Assembly (NCBI GenBank): GCA_029553365.1
Contig: JAKPCG010000106.1
Location: 67,130 to 125,127, forward strand
Direction of reading: 5' to 3'
Length of the DNA stretch: 57,998 nt
DNA from: Acidobacteriota bacterium
Lineage (GTDB): Bacteria > Acidobacteriota > Aminicenantia > Aminicenantales > Saccharicenantaceae
The notes beneath the pieces were generated by a model that did no database searches, was not told the origin of the DNA, and saw only the letters and a list, made by a program, of their open reading frames with translations. This document shows positions 27,977 through 36,725 of this stretch, piece by piece (position 1 is the stretch's first letter; each line of letters begins with the position of its first letter). A program made the position numbers and the translations under genes.

Positions 27977-29103
27977 CGCAGCTGCTCCACCAGGAGATCA
28001 AAAATGAATTCAGTATCAGTCGGGCCTGGACAGGCCTCGGGATGAAATTGAACACCAAAAAAGGGCTGGCGTTTGTGCTTTATGCCTTCATTGGTTCCAT
28101 CATTAGCATTGACCAGCCAGGGCTGCCAGTCAGCTGGTAGTGACTTTTGATCGACGGCATAACCATGATTCTGGCTGGTTAAATAGCAACGCTGGCTGCC
28201 CATCTCCAGACAGGGTTGGTTCTGTGAACGATGACCGAATTTAAGTTTATAAGTTCTGGCCCCGGCCGCTAAAGCCAGTATTTGATGCCCGAGACAGATG
28301 CCCAGCATGGGCAGATTTTCTGTTAATAAAGCAGCAACAGTTTTCACTGCCAAACAGAGCTCAGGATTACCGGGACCATTGGAGATGACCAGGCCGCTGG
28401 GTTTAAAGGACAGGATAGTTTCGGGACTGGTATTGTGAGGAACCCTGATGACACTCAGCCCTCGCCTGGTAAGCTGGCTGATAATGCCCAGTTTTGTTCC
28501 GCAGTCAATAAGAACTATTCTCTTTGTCCGGCCAGGCTGATAAACATGGAGATCTGGACTGGAGACTTCTGCCACCAGATTGGCCGCATTTGGATCGGGC
28601 AGCTGTCTGGCTTCACGAACCAGGGGTGACAGCTTGAGTGGTTTATCTGACACAACCAGGAGACCCGGAATTACCCCGTCTTCGCGCAGGCGTTTAACCA
28701 GGGCTCTGGTGTCAAGACCGGAAATGGCTGGAATCCGACTGGCTTCTAACCAGTGATCAATAGACAGGCGTGAGCTATGATGTGATGGCTTATCAGTATA
28801 TTCAGCGACGACATAGCCTTTTATCCGGGGGTGGGAAGATTCAAAGAAGTCTGGATTAACTCCATAGTTTCCAATGAGAGGATAAGTCTGAACGAGAATC
28901 TGACCATGATAGGAGGGGTCAGTAATAGATTCTACATAACCGACCAGGCCGGTATTAAAAACAACTTCCCCCCATGTTCTGCCACTGGCGCCAAACCCTT
29001 TACCCTCAAAAACCGTACCGTCTTTGAGGACTAAAACTCCGTATTTCGTCTGTGTATCCTTTAAAATTTTTTTGACTTTAGCACATTTTATTGGCTGAGG
29101 CAA
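27973..29103 (-). CDS. carA: carbamoyl-phosphate synthase small (glutaminase) subunit
   Basis: 'GVLVLKDGTVFEGKGFGASG...GEVVFNTGLVGYVESITDPSY' is the CarA N-domain. 'LGICLGHQ' and 'FGVQFHPE' are the class-I amidotransferase triad motifs. The start is uncertain because there is no in-frame ATG. The candidates are TTG 29103 (chosen) and TTG 29190 (maximal ORF). Confidence 0.9.
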   Translation of the reverse strand: MPQPIKCAKVKKILKDTQTKYGVLVLKDGTVFEGKGFGASGRTWGEVVFNTGLVGYVESITDPSYHGQILVQTYPLIGNYGVNPDFFESSHPRIKGYVVAEYTDKPSHHSSRLSIDHWLEASRIPAISGLDTRALVKRLREDGVIPGLLVVSDKPLKLSPLVREARQLPDPNAANLVAEVSSPDLHVYQPGRTKRIVLIDCGTKLGIISQLTRRGLSVIRVPHNTSPETILSFKPSGLVISNGPGNPELCLAVKTVAALLTENLPMLGICLGHQILALAAGARTYKLKFGHRSQNQPCLEMGSQRCYLTSQNHGYAVDQKSLPADWQPWLVNANDGTNEGIKHKRQPFFGVQFHPEACPGPTDTEFIFDLLVEQLR

Positions 29104-29169
29104 GCTATGTTGCCAGGCTCCACGCCTTTTTTTATAATTGAGGGGAAAATTTCCGGAAAGAAGGTCAGA

Positions 29170-30201
29170 ATGAAAGTTGGTAATTTGCAAAAATATCTTT
29201 TATCCGGGGTCTCTTATGCTATTCCCTTTGTCGCTTCAGGCGGAATATTAATTGCTCTGTCGATAGCTCTGGCTCCGATGGGCCCCGGCGGACCGGATTT
29301 CAGCCAGGCTCCTTTTCTAAAGTTAATAAATGATATTGGCACAGCCGCTTTTTCTTTGTTGATTCCTGTTCTTTCTGGCTATATTGCTTTTGGGATCAGC
29401 GATCGACCCGGTCTGGTACCGGGCTTTGTCGGCGGCTATATCGCCAATCAGGTTGGTGCCGGTTTTCTGGGCGGTCTGGTTTCAGGTTTGCTGGCCGGCT
29501 TTCTGGTCTTCTTTCTCAAGAAAATCAAAGTCCCGAGCTATATCCGACCGGTTATGCCTATTTTGATTTATCCGGTTATTTCCTCATTAATTGTCGGGAT
29601 AGTCATGTATCAGGTGGTTGGTGCTCCTATTCATGATTTAATGGCCAGTATTACCAGCTGGTTACAGGTCATGCATACCGGCAATAAAATTATTCTGGGA
29701 ATTATCCTTGGATCGATGATCGCCTTTGATATGGGTGGACCGGTCAACAAGGTAGCTTTCTTTTTCGGGGCGGCGATGATTCAGCAGGGAAATTATCTGA
29801 TCATGGGGGCCTGCGCCTCAGCTATCTGCATCCCACCTCTTGGCCTTGGCCTGGCCACCCTGATCAATCGAAAGCTGTGGACCGAGCAGGAACGAGACGC
29901 TGGCCTGGCGGCTCTGGCCATGGGAGCTATTGGTATAACCGAGGGGGCCATTCCTTTTGCCGCCGCCGACCCCTTCCGGGTAATTCCAGTCATTATGGCG
30001 GGTTCGAGTCTTGGTTCTGTGCTGGCCATGCTGGGACAGGTTGGAGATCATGCTCCTCACGGCGGGCCAATAGTTTTGCCGGTCGTTGATAATAAACTTA
30101 TGTATATCGTGTCTATAATTGCCGGCACTCTACTGGTAGCTGGTTTGATGACATTAATTAAGGCCAGGAGCAGAAGGTCAGGGGGAAGTTCTCCAAAATA
30201 A
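29170..30201 (+). CDS. PTS fructose-family EIIC permease component
   Basis: Polytopic membrane ORF. 'GGILIALS', 'AFDMGGPVNKVAFFF' and 'ITEGAIPFAAADP' are typical of fructose/Fry-type IIC. ATG 29170 is preferred over the upstream ORF-track start at 29107. Confidence 0.85.
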   Translation: MKVGNLQKYLLSGVSYAIPFVASGGILIALSIALAPMGPGGPDFSQAPFLKLINDIGTAAFSLLIPVLSGYIAFGISDRPGLVPGFVGGYIANQVGAGFLGGLVSGLLAGFLVFFLKKIKVPSYIRPVMPILIYPVISSLIVGIVMYQVVGAPIHDLMASITSWLQVMHTGNKIILGIILGSMIAFDMGGPVNKVAFFFGAAMIQQGNYLIMGACASAICIPPLGLGLATLINRKLWTEQERDAGLAALAMGAIGITEGAIPFAAADPFRVIPVIMAGSSLGSVLAMLGQVGDHAPHGGPIVLPVVDNKLMYIVSIIAGTLLVAGLMTLIKARSRRSGGSSPK

Positions 30202-30320
30202 AAGCAAAGCCGAAAGGCAGATGAGAGGCGGCCGACAGAAAAGGCGGCCAGACTTTTAAATTAGCGGATAAATGTTAAAATAAAAGTTAATCATTTAGAA
30301 TGTAACAAATGGAGGCGGAC

Positions 30321-30632
30321 ATGAAACTGGTGGCGGTTACTGCCTGTCCAACAGGCATTGCTCACACTTATATGGCAGCTGAGCAACTGGAGCGGGTGGC
30401 CAGGAAGATGGGTTTGTCAATTAAAGTTGAAACCCAGGGGGCCATGGGTATTGAAAATGAGCTTGATCCTGACGAGATCAGGGAAGCAGCGGCGGTGATC
30501 CTGGCTACCGGTATTCCCATTCAGAAAAGCGAAAGATTCGAAGGGAAAAAAATCTTTGAGTTTTCTGTTCAGGAAGCCATTAAAAATACTGAGGGGATTT
30601 TGCAGAAGGTAAAGGAACAAATTGGCGGTTGA
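30321..30632 (+). CDS. PTS fructose-family EIIB component
   Basis: 'MKLVAVTACPTGIAHTYMAAE' contains the phospho-Cys motif of fructose-type IIB. GGAGG at 30311-30315 precedes ATG 30321. ATG 30309 is also possible. Confidence 0.88.
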   Translation: MKLVAVTACPTGIAHTYMAAEQLERVARKMGLSIKVETQGAMGIENELDPDEIREAAAVILATGIPIQKSERFEGKKIFEFSVQEAIKNTEGILQKVKEQIGG

Positions 30633-33144
30633 ATTTACTTTTGACTTCCCTCTGCCCCTGGGGCTCCATGCTCGCCCAGCTGCTTTTATTCAGGACTATT
30701 GCCAGAGTTTTTCTGGCCAGATTGTCCTGGAAAACAAGCGTAATGGAAGGGCCGCCGACCCGAAAAGCATTCTGTCCCTTATAACCTCAGACACTCAGTT
30801 TGGCGATCCCTGCCGGCTTGTTATTTCCGGCGAAGGCGAGAAAGAGTTCGCCGCCAGTTTTAAGCGTTTTCTACTTGAGGACTTAAAGTTAAAAGAGGAA
30901 AAAGCACTGGAGATCGTGCCGTCAGCTGCTGCTCTTATTCCCAGACTGGTGCTGGCTGAGAAAGAAATCTATCTGACCGGCCAACCGGCCTCGCCCGGTC
31001 TTGCTTCAGGGAAAACTTTTCTCTTCGCCACTGCTTTTGACTGGGATAATCTTTTAAGTGAAGAGGCCGGGCTTGAGCCTTTTTCTCCCCAGGCCGAGAA
31101 GGAAGCTTTTCGACGGGCAAGCCGACAGGTCCAGCAGGAAGTAGAACGTCTTCTTCTCGACAAAAACGGGGTCGAAAGGAATATTCTTCAGGCTCATCTG
31201 TCGATCATCACTGACCGGACTTTTATCGAACGGGTGATAAACCTCATCGACCAGGATAAATGTCGAGCCAGTCGGGCGGTCTATCGGGCTGCTAAAGAAT
31301 TCAGTCAGCAACTGCTGGAGGCCAAAAGCCAGTATTTGCGAGAAAGGGCAGCTGACATTCAGGATGTCACCGAGCGGCTTTTAGAACATCTGGGTGGCCC
31401 AGCCCCGATCAGGTTAAAAGCCAGACTGAGTCAACCGGCTATCATTGTAGCGGAAGACCTTTTTCCTTCGGACTTCTTAAGTCTTAAACCAGAACTGGTG
31501 CTGGGATTAATCCTGGAAAAAGCCGGACAGACCTCCCATACCCTGATTATGGCCAGAAGTCAGGCCATACCGGCCGTAACTGGTGTGGATCAGGCCTGCC
31601 GCCGGTTACGAGCGGCTGAAGAAGTAATTCTTGACGGAAATCGGGGAGTCATCGTTGTTTCACCGGGTGAAGCGGTGAGGAGATATTATCAGAAGGAGAT
31701 GGAAACTGAAGACCTCCTTCGTCAGCGACACCGACAGCTGGCTGCTCTGCCCGGTCTGACCGCGGATGGCCAGAAAATAGAAATAGTGGCTAATATCGGA
31801 CGGCCGGAAGAGCTGTCAAAGGCCTGGCGAGATGGAGCAGAAGGGATAGGAATATTCCGCACCGAACTCCTCCTCTACGGTAAATCGACGCTTCCGACCG
31901 AAGAAGAGCAATATTTGCTTTATAAAAAAATAGCAGAAGAAGCTTCTGGCCGGCCGGTAATTATCAGGACTTTTGATATCGGTGGAGATAAACCCATACC
32001 TTCTCTCCACCTGCCGCCGGAACCGAATCCTTTTCTTGGCTACCGGGGAATAAGAATTTATCAGGAGAATTATGATCTTTTTCGCCATCAGGTCAGAGCT
32101 ATCCTGAGAGCGGCTGCCTCTGGCCAGCTTAAAATCATGTTTCCGATGGTCAGTCTGATTGAAGAAGTCCGCTGGCTTAAAGAAAAAATAGCAGAACTGG
32201 CTGAGGAACTTAAAATGGAGGGCCTACCTTTTCAAGGCCGGATTGAAACGGGCATTATGCTGGAAGTACCTTCAGTTGCCCTTCTGGCTGATAAGTTTGC
32301 TCAGGAAGTTGATTTTTTCAGTGTTGGCTCGAATGATCTTATGCAATACTTTTTTGCCGCTGACCGGAGTAATCCGAAGGTCAGATATCTAAGTCAGCCA
32401 TTAAATCCGGCATTGTTGAGGCTTTTAAAAGGGGCAATCGAGCAGGCTCATAAAAAAGGCAAGTGGGTTGGACTGTGCGGAGAAATAGCCGGTGATTCCA
32501 GACTGGCTCCGGTTTTTGTTGGTCTGGGTTTTGATGAGCTGAGCATGAGTTCGGGTTTTATTCCGCAGGTCAAGGCGGTTGTTTCCAGATTGAAGACCGA
32601 TGACTGTCAACAACTGGTGAGAAAAGCCATCGAAGCAGCTACAACCAGCGAAAATGAGAGACTCCTTCAGCAATTTTATCAGGAACATTTCTCTCAAGAA
32701 GTTATAAGTCGCGAGCTGGTTGAGCTTCGGGCAGACTGTCGGTCGAAGGCTGAGGTCCTGCAAGACATAGCCATCAAACTTCAACTGGCCGGGCGGGTGG
32801 ACAACCGAGCCAGATTGGAACAGGCTCTGTGGAAAAGGGAAGATGATGTTGCTACCGATATTGGCTTCGGGCTGGCCATCCCGCACTGCCAGTCAGAAGC
32901 AGTCAGGACGCCGAGCATCGTAGTCCTCCACTTAGCTCAACCGGTGGACTGGCAATCGAAAGAGGGGCTGCCGGTTGATCTTATTGTCTCTCTGGCCATT
33001 CCAGCTGGCGACAGAGTAAGTCAACAGCTGTCGCTTTTGCCCCAACTGTCAAGGAAGCTAATCCATGAAGACTTTCGAGAAGCCCTGCGGCAGGCTCAGG
33101 ATCCGGGCGAAGTTGTTTCTCTCATAAAAGAGGCCATGAGCTGA
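30622..33144 (+). CDS. multiphosphoryl transfer protein: HPr - Enzyme I - EIIA(fructose/mannitol type 2) fusion (E. coli FryA/PtsA-like architecture)
   Basis: 840 aa. The TTG start overlaps the IIB stop by 11 nt. The N-terminus 'GLHARPA' is the HPr His site. 'GQTSHTLIMARSQAIPAV' is the EI phospho-His. 'GSNDLMQY' and 'GLCGEIAGD' belong to the EI C-domain. The C-terminal 'GFGLAIPHCQ' is the EIIA type-2 His. Confidence 0.9.
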   Translation: MAVEFTFDFPLPLGLHARPAAFIQDYCQSFSGQIVLENKRNGRAADPKSILSLITSDTQFGDPCRLVISGEGEKEFAASFKRFLLEDLKLKEEKALEIVPSAAALIPRLVLAEKEIYLTGQPASPGLASGKTFLFATAFDWDNLLSEEAGLEPFSPQAEKEAFRRASRQVQQEVERLLLDKNGVERNILQAHLSIITDRTFIERVINLIDQDKCRASRAVYRAAKEFSQQLLEAKSQYLRERAADIQDVTERLLEHLGGPAPIRLKARLSQPAIIVAEDLFPSDFLSLKPELVLGLILEKAGQTSHTLIMARSQAIPAVTGVDQACRRLRAAEEVILDGNRGVIVVSPGEAVRRYYQKEMETEDLLRQRHRQLAALPGLTADGQKIEIVANIGRPEELSKAWRDGAEGIGIFRTELLLYGKSTLPTEEEQYLLYKKIAEEASGRPVIIRTFDIGGDKPIPSLHLPPEPNPFLGYRGIRIYQENYDLFRHQVRAILRAAASGQLKIMFPMVSLIEEVRWLKEKIAELAEELKMEGLPFQGRIETGIMLEVPSVALLADKFAQEVDFFSVGSNDLMQYFFAADRSNPKVRYLSQPLNPALLRLLKGAIEQAHKKGKWVGLCGEIAGDSRLAPVFVGLGFDELSMSSGFIPQVKAVVSRLKTDDCQQLVRKAIEAATTSENERLLQQFYQEHFSQEVISRELVELRADCRSKAEVLQDIAIKLQLAGRVDNRARLEQALWKREDDVATDIGFGLAIPHCQSEAVRTPSIVVLHLAQPVDWQSKEGLPVDLIVSLAIPAGDRVSQQLSLLPQLSRKLIHEDFREALRQAQDPGEVVSLIKEAMS

Positions 33145-33204
33145 TTAAAATTCTGTCTCCACTTCTTGGCTTTAAGCCTGCTACTCAGCAAAAGAGGCTG
33201 GAAC

Positions 33205-35355
33205 TTATTTTTGATCAGGTTCTTTTTTATCCATCTTTTTGAAGTCAAAAACTCCATTGGGCTGGATGGTTTCAAGCCCGGTCACTTCGCCCTTTGGCCC
33301 GAAAATAAAGCGAACTCTGATCACCGGAACCTGTTTTAAATAAAACTCATCTCCAAGATCAGGAACGAGCTCATACAGCGGTTGTCCGGGAACATAGAAA
33401 GTCAGGGTATTACCCTGTAAGCTAACTGTCGATGCCTGATTCAACAGAACATAATTACCGGTGAGCTTTTTAAGAAATTCCGGATCATAATAGCGCGCCT
33501 CCGGTCTTTTTTTGAAAACGATATCATCAGCTGTTGGCTCCAGAGGAACGGTGAGGCCAGCCACCCGACCATTGGGGTCAGTCTGAAATGTCAGTTTGGT
33601 ATCTTCAAAAACCGGATCAGCGCCTTTCAAGCCATTAAAGGTATCATAATGCCAGTGGTCAAGGGGAGTGGTAATCTCGTTATAAGTGAATGACAGTTTG
33701 CCATCTTTGAGGTTGACCTTAAGTTCGCCATAACCGGGGTGAAAGTAAGTTCCAGCATAGTCAGTCAGGGGATGAGAAGGCCTGGTGCCAGCTATCCTCC
33801 TGGCCGCAGCTTTTTCTCCGGCCTTTTTTCCGAGTTCTTCCCCCTTAGCCTGGTTTTTGACAGCTTCGCCAATCCAGTCCACAGGTTCAAGACCCAGCAA
33901 TTTATCGGTTATGGTCTCGAGGAGAAGATCGGGCAGGACACTGCCGTTTCTGTTGGTCAGGACAACAAAGCCATAGCCATCTTGAGGGAGGAAACTGACC
34001 AAAGCCGAAAAGCCATCAATGTTGCCTCCATGATAAACCCGCTGGTGGCCGCGATAATAATCAACAAACCAGCCCAGAGCATAACTGGCTGGACTGAGAT
34101 AAGTCGTGACTGGAGCCCCGGCGATAGGAGTATAAGGCAGATGGAGGTCTTCGAGGCTGGCCGGAGCCAGAAGCTGTTTTTCTCCGAATTTTCCAGAATT
34201 GAGATGGACAATGACCCAGTTTGCCATCTCACGAACAGTCGAATTTATTGAGCCGGCCGGTCCCATATTGGTCAGCTGGCGGAAGGGGACTTTTTCAATC
34301 TTACCATCACGATATGCATAGGGCTGAGCATAGTCTTTATCCTGCTGGGAAACCGAAACTGAAAAATTAGTTCTGGTCATCCCTAATGGTTCAAGGACCA
34401 GCTCCCGTATCGAATCCTCCCAGGGTTTTCCGCTTAAAACTTCAAGGAGATAGCCGGCCGTCAAAAACATCAAATTGTTATATTGAAATCTTTCCCTGAG
34501 ATCGGCGGTAAACTGAAGATAAGCCAGACGCCTGACCAGCTCTTCCCGTGAAGAGCGATAGTTGTTATACCAGAGGAGATCGTGACGCGGCAGACCGGAG
34601 CGGTGAGTGACCAGATCCCGGGGTGTAATTCTTTCAGTAATAACCGGATCGGACAATTTGAACCAGGGAATATAACTCCGGACCGGTTCGTCCCAGATCA
34701 TCTTACCTTCATCTACCAGCCTGGCCAGGGCAAAGGTGGTGAAAGCTTTGGTGGTAGAACCGATGGCCAGTAGAGTATCAGGCGTCATCGGCAATTTGTT
34801 TTCCACATCCCGGAGTCCATAACCCTGAAGAAAGATCACTTCTTTATTCTTAACGACAGCCAGAGCTAAACCCGGGACTCTCAAATCAGCCATGGCTTTA
34901 TTAATGGTTCCGTCGAGAGAAGCCAGCATATTTCTGGCTTTAGCTACCGGATCTTCGCCTTTATTAAGATAAAAGGGAAAAGTCTGACCAGACTGAGTAA
35001 ATTGGCCGGTAATTTTCTGTCCTCGGTCATCGAGCCTTCCCTTAAAAACTGCATTGCCGGGGACGCCAGAAATGGCAAAAGTTATCTCTTTATCAGATAC
35101 AGCTATATCAGTCAGTCGGAGGTCAATGGCTTTCTGGACAGGAATCGAAATCAGCCCTTCCAGTTTTTTATCGGGTGACAATTTAAAATCAACCAGGATC
35201 TCAAGCTTCATCCCGGGAAGCTCAATGGCTCCTTCCCAGTGAGCGGCCAGTTGTTGACTGAGATCGGCAGACTGAGAAAGAAGGCTGGGAAGGGCGGCCT
35301 GAAAAATAATCAAAAATAAAATTAAAATTTTAACTTTGATTTTTCGGTATGTCAT
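33205..35355 (-). CDS. secreted beta-lactamase-related serine hydrolase (class C / PBP4*-like) with extra N- and C-terminal domains
   Basis: 'IGSTTKAFT' is an S-x-x-K motif, with 'YNN' (Y-x-N) downstream. The signal peptide starts from ATG 35355, which is preceded by GGAGGA. The ORF-track start at 35397 is less likely. Confidence 0.8.
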   Translation of the reverse strand: MTYRKIKVKILILFLIIFQAALPSLLSQSADLSQQLAAHWEGAIELPGMKLEILVDFKLSPDKKLEGLISIPVQKAIDLRLTDIAVSDKEITFAISGVPGNAVFKGRLDDRGQKITGQFTQSGQTFPFYLNKGEDPVAKARNMLASLDGTINKAMADLRVPGLALAVVKNKEVIFLQGYGLRDVENKLPMTPDTLLAIGSTTKAFTTFALARLVDEGKMIWDEPVRSYIPWFKLSDPVITERITPRDLVTHRSGLPRHDLLWYNNYRSSREELVRRLAYLQFTADLRERFQYNNLMFLTAGYLLEVLSGKPWEDSIRELVLEPLGMTRTNFSVSVSQQDKDYAQPYAYRDGKIEKVPFRQLTNMGPAGSINSTVREMANWVIVHLNSGKFGEKQLLAPASLEDLHLPYTPIAGAPVTTYLSPASYALGWFVDYYRGHQRVYHGGNIDGFSALVSFLPQDGYGFVVLTNRNGSVLPDLLLETITDKLLGLEPVDWIGEAVKNQAKGEELGKKAGEKAAARRIAGTRPSHPLTDYAGTYFHPGYGELKVNLKDGKLSFTYNEITTPLDHWHYDTFNGLKGADPVFEDTKLTFQTDPNGRVAGLTVPLEPTADDIVFKKRPEARYYDPEFLKKLTGNYVLLNQASTVSLQGNTLTFYVPGQPLYELVPDLGDEFYLKQVPVIRVRFIFGPKGEVTGLETIQPNGVFDFKKMDKKEPDQK

Positions 35356-35516
35356 TACTTCCTCCAGACAGCAGGCTGCGAATTTAATTTCAGCCAAATT
35401 AAACTTAATCTATTTACGATGGGAATTCAAATATAAAACAGCGACCAATGAACTTTTTTCTGACGATTTTCGTTTAAGATCATATAAGGGCTTGATTATT
35501 TTTAGGAGGAAGAAGA

Positions 35517-36365
35517 ATGCCAGCCGACAAGAAAAGCTTTAATAAGCAGAGAGGAAAGAGTTTTGTACTGATTGCCTTAATGCTGCTTATGATTTCAACC
35601 CTGCTTATCAGCTGTGATGAATTTATTGATTCAGATTACAGATTTGAGGAAACTTTTTCTAAAACGATTGCTCTTAAAGAAGCTGGCTCTTTTTCGCTGG
35701 AAAATGTTAACGGCTCGGTAACTATCACCACCTTGCCCTCCAGAGAAGTAGTTATCAAAGCTACCAAGCACGCCAGACGAGAAAAGAGCGACCTCGATAA
35801 AATCAAAATTGAGGTTATTCAGGGGGAAAGAGCAGTCAAAGTTAATACCATTTATGAGAAAAAAAATCTCCGGGTAAAAGTTGATTATGATATTACTGTG
35901 CCCGAAGGCCTATCCCTGGAACTGGTCAGGACTGTTAACGGTAAAATTGTGATCTCGGGTAAATATGACCGGGCTCAGCTTAAAACGACCAATGGCAGCG
36001 TCGAAGCCAGAGGAGATTTCAGCTGGCTGGACATCAGTACGACCAATGGTTCGATTGCGGTGATTGGAGTTAAGGGGAAGGTTGATTTGAGAACTACCAA
36101 TGGCAGCATAAAGGCTGAACTCCATGAACTTTCAGCTGACTTCAGAGCCCGGACGACTAACGGCAGTATCAGACTGGCTCTGGGCCACGAAGCTGATGCC
36201 CGGCTTGTGGCCAGGACAACCAACGGCAGTATCAAGGTTGAATATCCGGTAACGGTAGAAGGTACGGTGTCCAGAAGAAGACTGGAAGGCAAGCTGGGTC
36301 AGGGTGGTGAAATCACAGTTTCTCTCGAGACGACCAATGGCTCGATCAGCCTGCTGAAGCTATAA
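35517..36365 (+). CDS. DUF4097-like putative adhesin/beta-helix repeat protein (membrane-anchored or lipoprotein)
   Basis: 282-aa ORF with SD AGGAGGA. The N-terminal TM/signal ends 'LLISC'. There are six 'TTNGS[IV]' repeats at a spacing of about 18-21 aa. Confidence 0.7.
   Translation: MPADKKSFNKQRGKSFVLIALMLLMISTLLISCDEFIDSDYRFEETFSKTIALKEAGSFSLENVNGSVTITTLPSREVVIKATKHARREKSDLDKIKIEVIQGERAVKVNTIYEKKNLRVKVDYDITVPEGLSLELVRTVNGKIVISGKYDRAQLKTTNGSVEARGDFSWLDISTTNGSIAVIGVKGKVDLRTTNGSIKAELHELSADFRARTTNGSIRLALGHEADARLVARTTNGSIKVEYPVTVEGTVSRRRLEGKLGQGGEITVSLETTNGSISLLKL
35985..36347 (+). repeat. intragenic coding repeat: six TTNGS(I/V) units
   Basis: ACNACNAAYGGNAGY/TCG-type units are read at about 35985, 36039, 36093, 36153, 36216 and 36330. 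The repeat is at protein level, and the DNA copies are degenerate. Confidence 0.7.
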
Positions 36366-36725
36366 TAAATAGAAATCGCCCTACAGCCTATCCAGAGAAA
36401 GCCAGAAATTATCTTTGTGAACCATCTTCTCTACTTTGAATTGATCTTTTCCGCTTGAAAAATGCTATATGCCTATAATTTATCTTGATCATGGCGGCCA
36501 GATTTCATCCTCTAGAGATATAAAATAGGTTCCTGCTCCTCGACTTTATGTTTCTTTTCGTTAATCGCTTACCTACCTCAACCATCCAGAGTGACTGCCT
36601 ATTGACTTTGTCGGCAATGTTCCAGGTCTCCGGCATTCTTTTCAAAGCCAATGATAGCTGTTGGTTAATACTCGGCTTGAATAAATAATCCTTTAATCCT
36701 TCGATCGAAATTGCCACAGGAGCAA

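Noticed and set aside
29107-29169. Upstream extension of the PTS IIC ORF (MLPGSTPFFIIEGKISGKKVR...)
   Set aside because: The extension is not hydrophobic or IIC-like and would overlap carA head-to-head. ATG 29170 gives a typical IIC N-terminus.
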